NCBI GenBank assembly: GCA_964632255.1
Contig: CAZWCA010000009.1
Location: 4,394-68,393 of the forward strand
DNA: 64,000 nucleotides
DNA from: an uncultured Smithella sp.
Lineage (GTDB): Bacteria > Desulfobacterota > Syntrophia > Syntrophales > Smithellaceae
Reading direction: 5' to 3'
In this document: piece after piece, positions 32,264 to 42,558 of the stretch
Layout of the letters: every line of letters begins with the position of its first letter
Numbering within the stretch: position 1 is the stretch's first letter
Made by a program: the position numbers and the translations under genes
Notes under the pieces: generated by a model
What the model was told of the DNA's origin: nothing
Databases searched by the model: none
What the model saw: the letters and a program-made list of their open reading frames with translations, nothing else

Positions 32264-32794
32264 TCAGCTGTTTGTTTCGATCAGCGCATAATTCCCGTCA
32301 TCGCGCCGGTATACCAAACTTACATTTTCGGATAAAGAATCGCGATAGATGATAAAAGGTGATTTATTTTCTTCAATTTCCATTATTGCTTCGTCAAGAA
32401 ACATGGGTTTTAAAACGATTTTCCTGGATTCAGCGATTTTACCCCTGGCTGATATCGCTTCATCAACTTCACCTGTTTGTTCTTCCTTACGGCGAATAGT
32501 TTGCGGTTTATGCTCCCTGACTTTTTCTTTTTGTTTTTTAAGCTGCTTTTCAATTTTATCAATACAATTATCTATTGCCAGATGCATGTCTTTTGCTTCT
32601 TCCTTAGCATTTACATTCCAGCCATTGGCACTGAGATTGATTTCCGACAGACAGCGGAATTTTTCCACGGAAAGGATAATATGGGCTTCGGCAGGCGTAT
32701 CCAAATATTTATTAAGTTTGACTATTTTCTCTTCTGCATAAACTTTTTGCCAGTTTTCACCTTCGCCATTTCTAAATGTTACCGAAATCTTCAT
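32264..32794 (-). CDS. hpf: ribosome hibernation-promoting factor (long form)
   Basis: 176 aa. MKISVTFRN...KLNKY...IDKIEKQLKK... plus the C-terminal dimerisation domain. Immediately downstream of rpoN. Confidence 0.92.
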   Translation of the reverse strand: MKISVTFRNGEGENWQKVYAEEKIVKLNKYLDTPAEAHIILSVEKFRCLSEINLSANGWNVNAKEEAKDMHLAIDNCIDKIEKQLKKQKEKVREHKPQTIRRKEEQTGEVDEAISARGKIAESRKIVLKPMFLDEAIMEIEENKSPFIIYRDSLSENVSLVYRRDDGNYALIETNS

Positions 32795-32957
32795 TATTTT
32801 TCCTCCCTGTTAGTTTAACGCTCTTCAAAAATTACTGTTTTATCTTATGCAGGAAACCTCCGGCTGATAAAGGCAAGTCCTATAATGATGTAAAAAACAA
32901 AAGTCAATTAATTTTTTGATTTTCTTTTTATTTTAATCGCATTTTAGTCCGGAAAAT

Positions 32958-34433
32958 TTAAAAATATTTCTTTCTTTTTGAAGATGGCAAAATACCCATC
33001 ATTTCTCTATACTTGGCAACAGTACGCCGGGCGATATTAATTCCCTTCAGTTTCAATAAATCTACTATTTCGCAATCACTATAAGGTTTCTTGGAATCTT
33101 CCTTACCGACCAGGTTTTTAATTTCCTCCTTCACGCTTTTCGATGCAATATTTTCGCCGGATGTTCTCTGGATGGAGCTGCCGAAAAAATACTTCATTTC
33201 GAAGATACCGCGCGGTGTATGCATATATTTATTGGTCACAACACGGCTGATGGTGGACTCGTGCATTTCCACATCGTCCGCCACATCTCTGAGGATTAAA
33301 GGTTTAAGGAAGTTAATGCCTTTGTCAAAAAAATCTTTTTGAAATTTAACGATACTTTCAGCAACTTTGAATATTGTCTTTTGCCGCTGTTGAATGCTCT
33401 TTATCAGCCATGTTGCCGATTGAACTTTATCCCGGACATATTTTTTCCCGTTTTCTTCCTCGTCATGGTCGCCATGACCGCTCATTCCAGCCATTACTTC
33501 CCGGTAAAAATTGCTTATTCGCAGGCGCGGCATGCCGTCGTCATTGAGAATTATTTTATATTCATCTCCTGATTTAACAACGTAAACATCGACAATTATT
33601 GATTGAACTTTTTCCTCGGAGTACATGCTGCCCGGCCGCGGATCCATATTACTGATTAAAAGAACGGCGGTTTCCACTTCCCGTATTGGAACTTTTAACT
33701 TCCGGGAAATATGAAGATAATTTTTCAGTTCCAGGTCTTTGAGATGATCCCTGATTATGACTTCGACAAGCGGATTTTTCGTCCCCAGCAGCCGGGCCTG
33801 AATCAGGAGACATTCCTGTAAATTACGTGCAGCAACCCCTGCCGGATCAAAATCCTGAACTTTTTCCAGAACAGCTTTAACAAACTCTTCAGTAACATTC
33901 TCCAGAACGGCGATTTCCTGAAGTGTTGCGCATAAATAGCCGTTCTGGTCAAGATTGCCGACTATCTGGGCACCGACTCTCATTTCCTCTTCCGTAAAAG
34001 GAGAAAGTTTCATCTGCCACATTAAATGTTCAGTCAGGGATTCGCTTTCTGTGACAATGTTATCCCAGGCGGGCGCTTCGGCATCTTTATAATCATAGGA
34101 AACGCCTACAGGTCCATAATCTTCGAGATAATTGCCCCAATCAAACTCTTCACGCCCGTCTCCCTCGCCGGTAAGTTCTTCCGTGCGTTCAATAGTCTTG
34201 GCTTCTTCACGCTCAATCGATTTTACATCCTCTTCCGCTGTATCATGAATTATTTCCTCATTGTTTTCATCAGCGGTAACTTCTTCAAGGAGCGGATTTT
34301 CTTCCATTTCCTGATTGATCGTCTCAACTAATTCCATCCGGGACAACTGCAGAAGTTTTATCGCCTGCTGCAACTGCGGCGTCATTATTAACTGCTGAGT
34401 AAGTTTAAGATTTTGTTTTAATTCAAAGGCCAT
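32958..34433 (-). CDS. rpoN: RNA polymerase sigma-54 factor
   Basis: 491 aa. N-terminal Q-rich LKLTQQLIMTPQLQQAIKLLQLS, HTH and RpoN box ARRTVAKYRE. Confidence 0.97.
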   Translation of the reverse strand: MAFELKQNLKLTQQLIMTPQLQQAIKLLQLSRMELVETINQEMEENPLLEEVTADENNEEIIHDTAEEDVKSIEREEAKTIERTEELTGEGDGREEFDWGNYLEDYGPVGVSYDYKDAEAPAWDNIVTESESLTEHLMWQMKLSPFTEEEMRVGAQIVGNLDQNGYLCATLQEIAVLENVTEEFVKAVLEKVQDFDPAGVAARNLQECLLIQARLLGTKNPLVEVIIRDHLKDLELKNYLHISRKLKVPIREVETAVLLISNMDPRPGSMYSEEKVQSIIVDVYVVKSGDEYKIILNDDGMPRLRISNFYREVMAGMSGHGDHDEEENGKKYVRDKVQSATWLIKSIQQRQKTIFKVAESIVKFQKDFFDKGINFLKPLILRDVADDVEMHESTISRVVTNKYMHTPRGIFEMKYFFGSSIQRTSGENIASKSVKEEIKNLVGKEDSKKPYSDCEIVDLLKLKGINIARRTVAKYREMMGILPSSKRKKYF

Positions 34434-34453
34434 TTTTTTAAATCTTTTTCAAT

Positions 34454-35176
34454 TTATAAACTAAAATCTTCACCAAAATAAAACTTCCGCGCCAATTCGC
34501 TCTCCGCGATTACTTCCGGTTTACCTTCAACAAGGATTGCTCCTTCATTAACAATATAAGCACGATCACAACTGGAAAGAGTTTCCCGCACGTTATGATC
34601 GGAAATAATGATGCCGATTCCTTTAGCTTTCAGTTTGGCGATAATTTTCTGTATATCAGCTACGGCAAGGGGGTCAATTCCGGCAAAAGGCTCATCCAAC
34701 AGAATATACTTTGGAGATGTAACCAATGCCCGCGTAATTTCTACTCTTCTTCGCTCTCCACCGGAAAGGGAATAAGCCTGGTTTTTGGCCAGTCCCGTTA
34801 AATCCAATTCCCCAAGCAGTTCTTTGAGTTTTTCTCTTCTTTCTTCATCTTGTAAATCAAGTGTCTCCAAAATTGCCAGAATATTTTCTTCCACCGTTAA
34901 TTTGCGAAAAATCGATGGTTCCTGCGGCAAATAATTCAATCCTCGTCGAGCTCTCTTATACATGGGATATCTGCTTATATTTTCCCCGTCCAGAAATATC
35001 TCTCCGCCATCGGGTTTAATCAATCCGACAATCATATAAAAAGTAGTTGTTTTACCTGCGCCGTTTGGACCAAGTAAACCGACAACTTCTCCAGGAGAAA
35101 TTGTTAAATCGATATCATTGACAACTTTTCTTTTATTGTAGATTTTTACTAATCCTCTTGCTGATAAATTACCCAT
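34454..35176 (-). CDS. lptB: LPS export ABC transporter ATP-binding protein
   Basis: 240 aa. GLLGPNGAGKTT, LSGGERRRVEI, ILLDEPFAGIDP. Canonical position upstream of rpoN. Confidence 0.95.
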   Translation of the reverse strand: MGNLSARGLVKIYNKRKVVNDIDLTISPGEVVGLLGPNGAGKTTTFYMIVGLIKPDGGEIFLDGENISRYPMYKRARRGLNYLPQEPSIFRKLTVEENILAILETLDLQDEERREKLKELLGELDLTGLAKNQAYSLSGGERRRVEITRALVTSPKYILLDEPFAGIDPLAVADIQKIIAKLKAKGIGIIISDHNVRETLSSCDRAYIVNEGAILVEGKPEVIAESELARKFYFGEDFSL

Positions 35177-35181
35177 AATTT

Positions 35182-35745
35182 TTAATCTTTGTCTTTTTTA
35201 TTCTCTTTTTCCTGCGGGTAGATAACAGCCTTGACTCTTTTTTGAGGATTGCTTTCAACCACACCACGATCTTCATTGACGAAAACTATGACTTTATCTC
35301 CTTTTATAATATTTTTTCCATCGCGCAAAACAGGATTACCGGTCATAATAATTTGTCCGCTATCATGTAAATAGACGGCTTCCTCTCCTGTGGCAACCCG
35401 TTGTTTTTGAGTTACTATTACATTTCCTTTGGCTTCAATTTTTTCCAGATCGCCAGCTCCTTCAATGGCCTTACCGCCTACTTTGTCTTTTTTACCGCCG
35501 TCCTTTTTATAATACAGAAGCAACCGGTCCGCTTTAATCTCCTTATCTCCTTGTGTGGCCACAGCATGTCCTGCAAAGATTACCAACTTTTTCTCATTGT
35601 AGGCGTCCATGCGGTCCGAAACAATTTCAATCGGTTCCTTGGAAGTGAATTTATTTTTGGCTGATTTATTATCTTTAGCCCAGACAATAGGGACGGCCAG
35701 AAATGTAAACAGTATACAAAAAAGAAGTAATTTCTTAATCATCAT
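35182..35745 (-). CDS. lptA: LPS transport periplasmic protein LptA (OstA-like)
   Basis: 187 aa. Signal peptide plus OstA-like beta-jellyroll pattern. Sits between lptC and lptB. Confidence 0.85.
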   Translation of the reverse strand: MMIKKLLLFCILFTFLAVPIVWAKDNKSAKNKFTSKEPIEIVSDRMDAYNEKKLVIFAGHAVATQGDKEIKADRLLLYYKKDGGKKDKVGGKAIEGAGDLEKIEAKGNVIVTQKQRVATGEEAVYLHDSGQIIMTGNPVLRDGKNIIKGDKVIVFVNEDRGVVESNPQKRVKAVIYPQEKENKKDKD

Positions 35746-35754
35746 TTTATCACG

Positions 35755-36306
35755 TTACTTTATTTCTGCTTTTACGGAAGATAAAAGCTTCAATTCTCCC
35801 TTATTCATAAAGAGAATCAGCCCTTTACCCATTAATTTCATCCGCGCATTCTCCATAGTTACCGGAGCATCGGTATAAAATTTCTTTTCAGCATCAGAAT
35901 ACTTAAGATAATCCGTCGTAAAGCGATCTCCCGAATCGGATGTGATAACGACGTTTCCCTTAATTTCAATATCTTTCTTATCCGTGAGCATTTGACCTTT
36001 ATCCCCGGACATTTGATACACTTTTTTTTCTGCTGTCGTCAAACTAATTTGAACCTGATCAAAGACGGCAATATTTTGTTTTTTATTATATTGGGCTGTG
36101 CGGGCTTTAACCTCCCATTTGGAGTTTCCCTCACCTACTTCCGTATAGACAAAGTCTTTAATTTGCAAGTCTACGTGAGCAGGCAATATCTTTAAAACAT
36201 TTTTTGGTTTATCGTTTATATTCCTTATTATTGCAAATATTGCAATTCCCAGCGCGAAAGCTAAAGTCACTATAAAAATAATCTTTTTTTTTCTGCTGAT
36301 TTTCAT
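35755..36306 (-). CDS. lptC: LPS export system protein LptC
   Basis: 183 aa. Single N-terminal TM followed by a beta-rich domain. Assignment rests on synteny (kdsC-lptC-lptA-lptB). Confidence 0.75.
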   Translation of the reverse strand: MKISRKKKIIFIVTLAFALGIAIFAIIRNINDKPKNVLKILPAHVDLQIKDFVYTEVGEGNSKWEVKARTAQYNKKQNIAVFDQVQISLTTAEKKVYQMSGDKGQMLTDKKDIEIKGNVVITSDSGDRFTTDYLKYSDAEKKFYTDAPVTMENARMKLMGKGLILFMNKGELKLLSSVKAEIK

Positions 36307-36403
36307 TTTTATTCGACTCTGGCATTTCTTATTATTGGTTTACTTGATTCTTTTATATCATTCGGAATCAGACAAGTAAAGATTTAGGTTAACCCGTTAT
36401 CAG

Positions 36404-36943
36404 CTATAGATGCTCGGCAAATTCATATTTGTCGGCAATTTCCGGCCATTTTCCCTGCGCGATTAAGAGCATTTCACAGACTTCGCGCACTGCACCTCGA
36501 CCACTCCTGTTTTCGGTTACGTAATCGACTGATTTTTTTACAATTTCGATAGCATCAGCCACCGCCGCCGAGAATCCGGCCGCTTTCAATACCGGAATAT
36601 CAATAAAATCATCTCCGATATATGCGCAGGCGGAGGAATCTAAATTATTTTTTTTCAATATCTCACCGAACACCTCTTTTTTATTAAATACTTTTTGATG
36701 GACCTCCTTAATCCCCAGATCACGCGCCCGGTGCAAAACCACCTGCGATTCACGGCCTGTAAGCAGTACCACATTAATCCCGTAGCGCTGCAGAAGTTTA
36801 ATACCATGGCCGTCTCTTACATTAAAATTTTTTGTCTCCCGGCCGCTGTCGTCAAGAATAATCCGGCCATCCGTCAATACGCCGTCGACATCCAGAATCA
36901 ACATCTTTATTTTTCTTAATTTTTCCTGGAGATTGTTTTCCAT
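36404..36943 (-). CDS. kdsC: 3-deoxy-D-manno-octulosonate 8-phosphate phosphatase
   Basis: 179 aa. LILDVDGVLTDG, NVRDGHGIK, IGDDFIDIP. Confidence 0.9.
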   Translation of the reverse strand: MENNLQEKLRKIKMLILDVDGVLTDGRIILDDSGRETKNFNVRDGHGIKLLQRYGINVVLLTGRESQVVLHRARDLGIKEVHQKVFNKKEVFGEILKKNNLDSSACAYIGDDFIDIPVLKAAGFSAAVADAIEIVKKSVDYVTENRSGRGAVREVCEMLLIAQGKWPEIADKYEFAEHL

Positions 36944-36948
36944 ACTGA

Positions 36949-37770
36949 TTATTTTCCCTTCAGTAATTCATCAATTTTTTTAAGCATCATGAGCAATCCT
37001 TCAAGCGAATCCAGATAAAGTGAATTGGCCCCGTCGCAAAGCGCCTTTTCCGGATCACGATGGACTTCCATAAAAATACCATCAACCCCTGCCGCCACCG
37101 CCGCCCGGGCCAGATACTCCACCATTGCCCGCTCGCCTCCGGAGGCAGTGCCTGCTCCACCGGGCAACTGCACGGAGTGAGTAGCATCAAAAATTACCGG
37201 ATACCCCAAACTCCGCAGAATCGGCAGGGAACGGACATCAAAAACAAGATTATTGTAACCGAATGATGTACCTCTTTCCGTTATGATAATATTTTCATTG
37301 CCCGTTGATCTGGCTTTGGCAATAATATTAGACACATCCGACGGCGCCAGAAACTGCCCTTTTTTGATATTGATTACACGGGCTTTCCTGGCGATTTCCA
37401 CGACGAAGTCTGTCTGACGGCAAAGAAAGGCCGGAACTTGTATTATATCCAGGACTTCAGCCGCCATATCGATTTCCTCAAAGCGATGAACATCGGAAAG
37501 GACAGGCACATTCATCTTTTCCTTTATCCTTTGCAGGATGGCCAGCCCCTCTTTCGCACCCGGCCCCCGGTATGAATTAATCGATGTCCGGTTCGCTTTG
37601 TCATAGGATGCTTTAAAAATATAGGGAATTTTCAGTTTAGAGGTCAGATTTTTCAAATATCCGGCAATATCCAGCGCACTTTCTTCATTTTCCAGTACGC
37701 AAGGACCGGCAATAAGAACAAATCCCCTGTTATTTCCAATTTCAAAACCGCCCATGTCAATTTGCTTCAT
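36949..37770 (-). CDS. kdsA: 3-deoxy-8-phosphooctulonate synthase
   Basis: 273 aa. FKASYDKANRTS, QVPAFLCRQTD, FDATHSVQLPGG. Confidence 0.95.
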   Translation of the reverse strand: MKQIDMGGFEIGNNRGFVLIAGPCVLENEESALDIAGYLKNLTSKLKIPYIFKASYDKANRTSINSYRGPGAKEGLAILQRIKEKMNVPVLSDVHRFEEIDMAAEVLDIIQVPAFLCRQTDFVVEIARKARVINIKKGQFLAPSDVSNIIAKARSTGNENIIITERGTSFGYNNLVFDVRSLPILRSLGYPVIFDATHSVQLPGGAGTASGGERAMVEYLARAAVAAGVDGIFMEVHRDPEKALCDGANSLYLDSLEGLLMMLKKIDELLKGK

Positions 37771-37777
37771 CTTTTTC

Positions 37778-39790
37778 TTACTCCTGGTTCGTTTTCTGCA
37801 TTTTTTTCTGTAAAAGCAAAATTTTCAGCTTTGGTATTCTTTTAACAGCTCGTGGAGAGTCGGGATTCAGCTCGTAGGCATGGTTATAAGCCTTCAATGC
37901 TTCCTGATAAAGCCCTTTTTTCTCATAGGCTTCCCCCAGATTTGCATAAAGTTCATCATCTTCCCGATCCAACTTTAGAGCAATAAGATAATTTTTGATT
38001 GCTTTATCCCAGTCTCCACGTGCAGCATAGGCATATCCCAGGCTGGAATAAGATGCAGCCTTTTTAGGTTCCAATGCCGCAATTCTTTTATAATATCTTA
38101 TCGCTTGATCAATTTTGTTGTTTTTCAAATAATAGTTAGCCAGAGTGCTTAACACTTCTTTGCTGGGCGAAGGTATTTTTTCATATTCAGCCATCGCATC
38201 TCTTTCCCGGCCCATTTTTCCGTACGTATACGCCAGATTGTTATGCAAATTCGAGCCTTTTGAACCGAGTTTAACGGCCTTTTTGTAGTTTTCCGCAGAG
38301 GCGGTAAAATTTTTCATTTCACCGTAGGCAAAACCAAGATTGGAATAATAGGAAGCATTTTTGGGATGAATTTTGACCAGCTTTTCAAAATATTTCACAG
38401 CATGATCATACTGTCTGTTTTTAAAATATAAATCCGCCAGCCGTTCAATTGCATCGGCATCACCGGGTTTATTTTTTACAACGTGCTCGTATTCTCTAAT
38501 TGCCTCGGAAGTAAGCTTCTTTTTTTCATATGCGGCACCGAGATTAAAATGTATAACGGGCTCATCAGGGTTAAGCGCCGCCGCTTTTTTTAAATTCTCC
38601 AGTTCTTCCTGAGAATTTCCTTTTCCTGCATAAGCCGCCGCCAGTTTAGCATAGGCAACTGCATTTTTGGGCTGCTGATTGATTGCTTCCTTTAAATATT
38701 TAACGGCGTCATTATATTTTCCGGTTTTTAAATAGGCATCTCCCAGGGCAAGTTTTGCCATACTGTTATCTTTGGCATGGCCGACAATATATTCGTACTG
38801 TTCAATAGCCGGATTTACCTTATTTAAGTGCATATAAGCGTCGCCCAGCCGGTATCGTATCGGAAAATTATCAGGATCAATTTTAATGGCGGTAAGGTAG
38901 CTTTCAATGGCCTGCGGCCTGAGGCCCTTTTCTTCGAGTGAGAAGCCGAGCCCGGCATAAGCATCGGCATCCTTAGGACTGATTTTTATGAGTTTTTTAT
39001 ATATCCCGATGGCGTGATCATAATCTTTTTTTCGAAGATAGCATTTGGCTAATTCCTGCAAAGCTATTTTATCCTCGGGATTTATTGCCAGGACTTCTTT
39101 ATACTGAGTGACGGCGTCATCTAATCTTCCCGACTTCACATATATTCCGGCAAGAATTTTACGAACGCTTGTATCCTCCTTATTGAGAGCAATGGCCTTG
39201 GTCAGATATTCAATTTGAGTTTTAATATTTGTCGTATCTCTGGCAAAGCGCAGCCAGTCCTGCGGGGTAATTACAACTTTTATCGGAACTTTGGCTAATA
39301 CCTCATTGCCGTAATTTACGCGTATGGAATAATCCGTTACGGTTAACCCTTCCCCGCTCATCATTCCCTTTCCCATTATTTTATTGACCAGATCGCCTCC
39401 CCGCATCAAGACGCCCAGATCATTGTCGCCCTTGCCCAGACCTTCAATATTCACTGTTATATTTTTCCCTTTTAAATCATCCGTCGCCACTGACCTGACT
39501 ACGAACTCGTCCCGATAAGTCACTTCCAGGGGTTCATTAGCATTGACAGTAATGTCTTTGCCGTTTTTTTCCATTGCCAGATAATAAAAATGCGGCTTAC
39601 CCTGCAACAAATAGTAGGAGATCGTGTTCTTTATTCTTCCGGCATTAAAGGCAATGCTTCCCAGTAATTGTGGGCGAAGAAAGTATAGTAATATTAAGGT
39701 GATTAAAACAACGGCAACAGCACCGGAAAATACCCATAATTTATTTGGTATTCCTTTGCCCGTTTTGTTTTCTGCATTATCTTCTTTCAT
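37778..39790 (-). CDS. membrane-anchored TPR-repeat protein
   Basis: 670 aa. One N-terminal TM, a ~170-aa beta-rich domain, then more than 12 TPR units (repeated A..Y..A..L.P....A...LG..Y). Confidence 0.85.
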   Translation of the reverse strand: MKEDNAENKTGKGIPNKLWVFSGAVAVVLITLILLYFLRPQLLGSIAFNAGRIKNTISYYLLQGKPHFYYLAMEKNGKDITVNANEPLEVTYRDEFVVRSVATDDLKGKNITVNIEGLGKGDNDLGVLMRGGDLVNKIMGKGMMSGEGLTVTDYSIRVNYGNEVLAKVPIKVVITPQDWLRFARDTTNIKTQIEYLTKAIALNKEDTSVRKILAGIYVKSGRLDDAVTQYKEVLAINPEDKIALQELAKCYLRKKDYDHAIGIYKKLIKISPKDADAYAGLGFSLEEKGLRPQAIESYLTAIKIDPDNFPIRYRLGDAYMHLNKVNPAIEQYEYIVGHAKDNSMAKLALGDAYLKTGKYNDAVKYLKEAINQQPKNAVAYAKLAAAYAGKGNSQEELENLKKAAALNPDEPVIHFNLGAAYEKKKLTSEAIREYEHVVKNKPGDADAIERLADLYFKNRQYDHAVKYFEKLVKIHPKNASYYSNLGFAYGEMKNFTASAENYKKAVKLGSKGSNLHNNLAYTYGKMGRERDAMAEYEKIPSPSKEVLSTLANYYLKNNKIDQAIRYYKRIAALEPKKAASYSSLGYAYAARGDWDKAIKNYLIALKLDREDDELYANLGEAYEKKGLYQEALKAYNHAYELNPDSPRAVKRIPKLKILLLQKKMQKTNQE

Positions 39791-39943
39791 TTTGTTCCTC
39801 GATTAATCTCATTAATGCTCAGAACATAAAAATGCAGCCGATAAAATAAAGGCCATATCTTCATGTACTCTGGAAGTCGACAACGTCAAATATGTCAATT
39901 GTGTACAAATGAGAATAAATCAATCTTTCGCTTGCTCTGAATT

Positions 39944-40831
39944 TCAGCCACGCGGATGATACTTTTGATGAATTTCTTTTAATCTTTCACGGGTTATATG
40001 AGTATATATTTGAGTTGTTGATATATCCGCATGCCCCAGCATTACCTGCACTGTCCGCAAATCAGCTCCGCCTTCCAGAAGATGGGAAGCAAAAGAATGA
40101 CGAAAAGTATGGGGATGCACTTTCTTTTGTAATCCTGATTTTTTAGCATATCCGGCAACAATTTTCCAAAACCCCTGACGGGTAAATTTTTCTCCGAAGC
40201 GATTCAAAAACAAAACATCCGTGTTATTACCCTGCATTATCTTCGGTCTGGCCTGTTCCAGATAAAGTTTCGTACAATCATAGGCTGTCTGACCAATCGG
40301 GACAACCCGTTCTTTCGAACCTTTTCCCATAACAATCAGAAAACCGACCTGCCAGTTAATGCTGTTCATTTTCAGCCCGATTAACTCGGAAACACGGATA
40401 CCGGTTGCATACAGCAGTTCCAGCATCGCACTGTTACGAATCGCCGAAGCGGTTTCCATTCCGGGCTGGGCCAAAATAAGATTCATTTCATCTTTGCTGA
40501 TGGTGTCCGGCAGCCGCATCCAGACCTTCGCCAGTTCAATATTGGCCAAAGGAGTCTGTTCAATCATCTTTTCTGCAAGGAGATATTTATAAAACCCCCG
40601 TAGCGCGGCAAGCGACCGGTTCATCGAATTGGCCGAAAGTCCTTCCGCCTTAACCTGGACCAGATATTCAATAATAGTTTCAGGAACAACATGCCGGACG
40701 TCCGTGAGCCCTTTTTTCTGAACAATTAACAGAAAACGGCGTAAATCGCGTCCGTAGGCTTCCAGTGTATTTTCGGCTGCTCCACGTTCTATTAAAAGGT
40801 AGTTAAAATATTTTTCCAGTAAATTTTGCAT
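39944..40831 (-). CDS. xerD: site-specific tyrosine recombinase XerD
   Basis: 295 aa. N-terminal ERGAAENTLEAYGRDL. Catalytic region HPHTFRHSFASHLLEGGADLRTVQVMLGHADISTTQIYTH. Confidence 0.88.
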   Translation of the reverse strand: MQNLLEKYFNYLLIERGAAENTLEAYGRDLRRFLLIVQKKGLTDVRHVVPETIIEYLVQVKAEGLSANSMNRSLAALRGFYKYLLAEKMIEQTPLANIELAKVWMRLPDTISKDEMNLILAQPGMETASAIRNSAMLELLYATGIRVSELIGLKMNSINWQVGFLIVMGKGSKERVVPIGQTAYDCTKLYLEQARPKIMQGNNTDVLFLNRFGEKFTRQGFWKIVAGYAKKSGLQKKVHPHTFRHSFASHLLEGGADLRTVQVMLGHADISTTQIYTHITRERLKEIHQKYHPRG

Positions 40832-40939
40832 GAGGCCTTTTAACGCAAATATTATAACGAAGCAAAGTTTTTTTATTGACTTATGCTCTATTCTTGTAAA
40901 ATAGAAGATATCAGGAAAAAATCAAGCAGGAGAAAAAAA

Positions 40940-41389
40940 ATGAAAAAAATTATCATTGCCTCAGATCATGGAGCGGTTGCGCTTAAAGAAGAAATTATAT
41001 CTTTTTTAATAGAAAAGGGCTGCCTGGTTAAAGATATGGGCGTTAATAGCGAAGATTCGGTGGACTATCCCGATGTTACGGTCGCGGCCTGCCGGGAATT
41101 TATGAAGGGCGGCAGTGATTGCGGAATTTTACTTTGCGGCACGGGAATCGGCGTATCACTTGCTGCAAACAAAGTTCACGGCATCCGCTGCGCCTTAGTG
41201 CATGATCTGTTTACGGCGGAAATGGCCAAAGCCCATAACAATGCGAATTTTATAGCTTTTGGTGGCCGAGTAAAGTACTCCGTACCGGTGACGGATATGA
41301 TTGAAAAATTTCTTGATACAAAATTTGCAGGAGAAGAGCGCCATGAACGAAGAATAGCCAAGATCATGGCAATTGAAAACCGGTGCTGA
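40940..41389 (+). CDS. rpiB: ribose-5-phosphate isomerase B
   Basis: MKKIIIASDHGAVALKEEI..., GILLCGTGIGVSLAANK, and LFTAEMAKAHNNANFIAFGGR. Start taken at the internal ATG (40940) after a purine-rich tract. Confidence 0.92.
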   Translation: MKKIIIASDHGAVALKEEIISFLIEKGCLVKDMGVNSEDSVDYPDVTVAACREFMKGGSDCGILLCGTGIGVSLAANKVHGIRCALVHDLFTAEMAKAHNNANFIAFGGRVKYSVPVTDMIEKFLDTKFAGEERHERRIAKIMAIENRC

Positions 41390-41575
41390 TCCGACTTTTT
41401 CATTATTTTAATTTTTATAATTCCGGCAATGGAGATTAAATATTTATCCGTTACCGCAGAATATCATATTCGCGTGATCCCCTTCTGTTCCGAGAGATTT
41501 CGTAAAATCCATAACTTTCTGTACAGGTACCTGATTTTTACCATCAATTGCCATTGTCATAGTTTACCTGATGCG

Positions 41576-41866
41576 TCAAATCATTACCTTTTTTGAGTCA
41601 ACTATTTTCTTCAGTTCTTTTCCTGCCTTGAAGAACGGCAGTTTCTTTTTTCTTGCAGCAATCTTCTCTCCTGCCTTTGGATTTTTTCCCGTATGAATAA
41701 AGTGCTCCCTGATTGAATAACTTCCAAAACCCCTGATCTCAATTCTATCTCCATTACTCAGCGTTTCGATAAATCCATTAATTATGATATTTATAATTTG
41801 AGTCGCCTGCTTTTGGGTCAGTTTTTGCCTGGCAGCCAGAGCTGAGATAATTTCTGATTTGGTCAT
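41576..41866 (-). CDS. ihfB: integration host factor beta subunit (HU/IHF family)
   Basis: 96 aa. MTKSEII..., RIEIRGFGSYS, GKNPKAGEKI..., LPFFKAGKELK matches the IHF-beta pattern. Confidence 0.8.
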   Translation of the reverse strand: MTKSEIISALAARQKLTQKQATQIINIIINGFIETLSNGDRIEIRGFGSYSIREHFIHTGKNPKAGEKIAARKKKLPFFKAGKELKKIVDSKKVMI

Positions 41867-42038
41867 TCAAAAATGCTCCGTCTATATAATAAACACGAAT
41901 TGCATAAATATAACCAATGTTTTCAGTAACTTCGCATGCCAATTGCAGCATTCGTCCTGATTAAAATGCTGATATAAAAAATTTTGTTGCTTGTTTGGTC
42001 ATGAACTATTGCAAATTGAGTTTAATTACTGCCCGTCA

Positions 42039-42085
42039 CCCCGCCTTTTCCGGAATAGGTTTCCCGGCCAAAGGCGGGTTTTTTT
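42039..42085. terminator. GC-rich hairpin with A-tract/T-tract flanks (bidirectional-terminator-like) downstream of glnK
   Basis: ccccgccttttCCGGaataggtttcCCGGccaaaggcgggTTTTTTT. The T7 run is on the + strand, although the only gene ending nearby (glnK) is on the minus strand. Confidence 0.5.
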
Positions 42086-42173
42086 GTGTGACGAAGTGTT
42101 GATTTCCAGCGTGTTTCCAATTTTACTGTAATTTCACATTGTAAATATTAAGCCCGTGTTTTCTCTATTGAGC

Positions 42174-42515
42174 TTAGCCTACGGCGACGCTTCCAACCTC
42201 ACCTGTACGCACTCTGATACAGTCATCCATAGGTAAAACAAAAATTTTCCCGTCCCCGATTTTCCCTGAACGAGCCCCCTTGATAATTGCATCCACGGCG
42301 GGTTTGACAAAATCATCGTTCACTGCTATCTCGAATCGTACCTTATCCAGTAGATTGACCTCAGTAAAAGCACCGCGATATGATTCCGTATATCCTCCCT
42401 GCGACCCGCAGCCGATAACACTGGACACAGTCATTTTTCCAACCTTGGCATTGGAAAGTGCCTGTTTGACATCAGTCAGTTTTTCCGGCTGTACAATTGC
42501 TACGATTAGTTTCAT
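42174..42515 (-). CDS. glnK: P-II nitrogen regulatory protein (GlnK-type, amtB-linked)
   Basis: 113 aa. MKLIVAIVQPEKL...T-loop GSQGGYTESYRGA...GKIGDGKIFVLPMDDCIRVRTGE. Immediately downstream of amtB. Confidence 0.92.
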   Translation of the reverse strand: MKLIVAIVQPEKLTDVKQALSNAKVGKMTVSSVIGCGSQGGYTESYRGAFTEVNLLDKVRFEIAVNDDFVKPAVDAIIKGARSGKIGDGKIFVLPMDDCIRVRTGEVGSVAVG

Positions 42516-42558
42516 AATATTCTCCTTTGCAGAAAATAGCCTTGAAAGTAAAAATATC

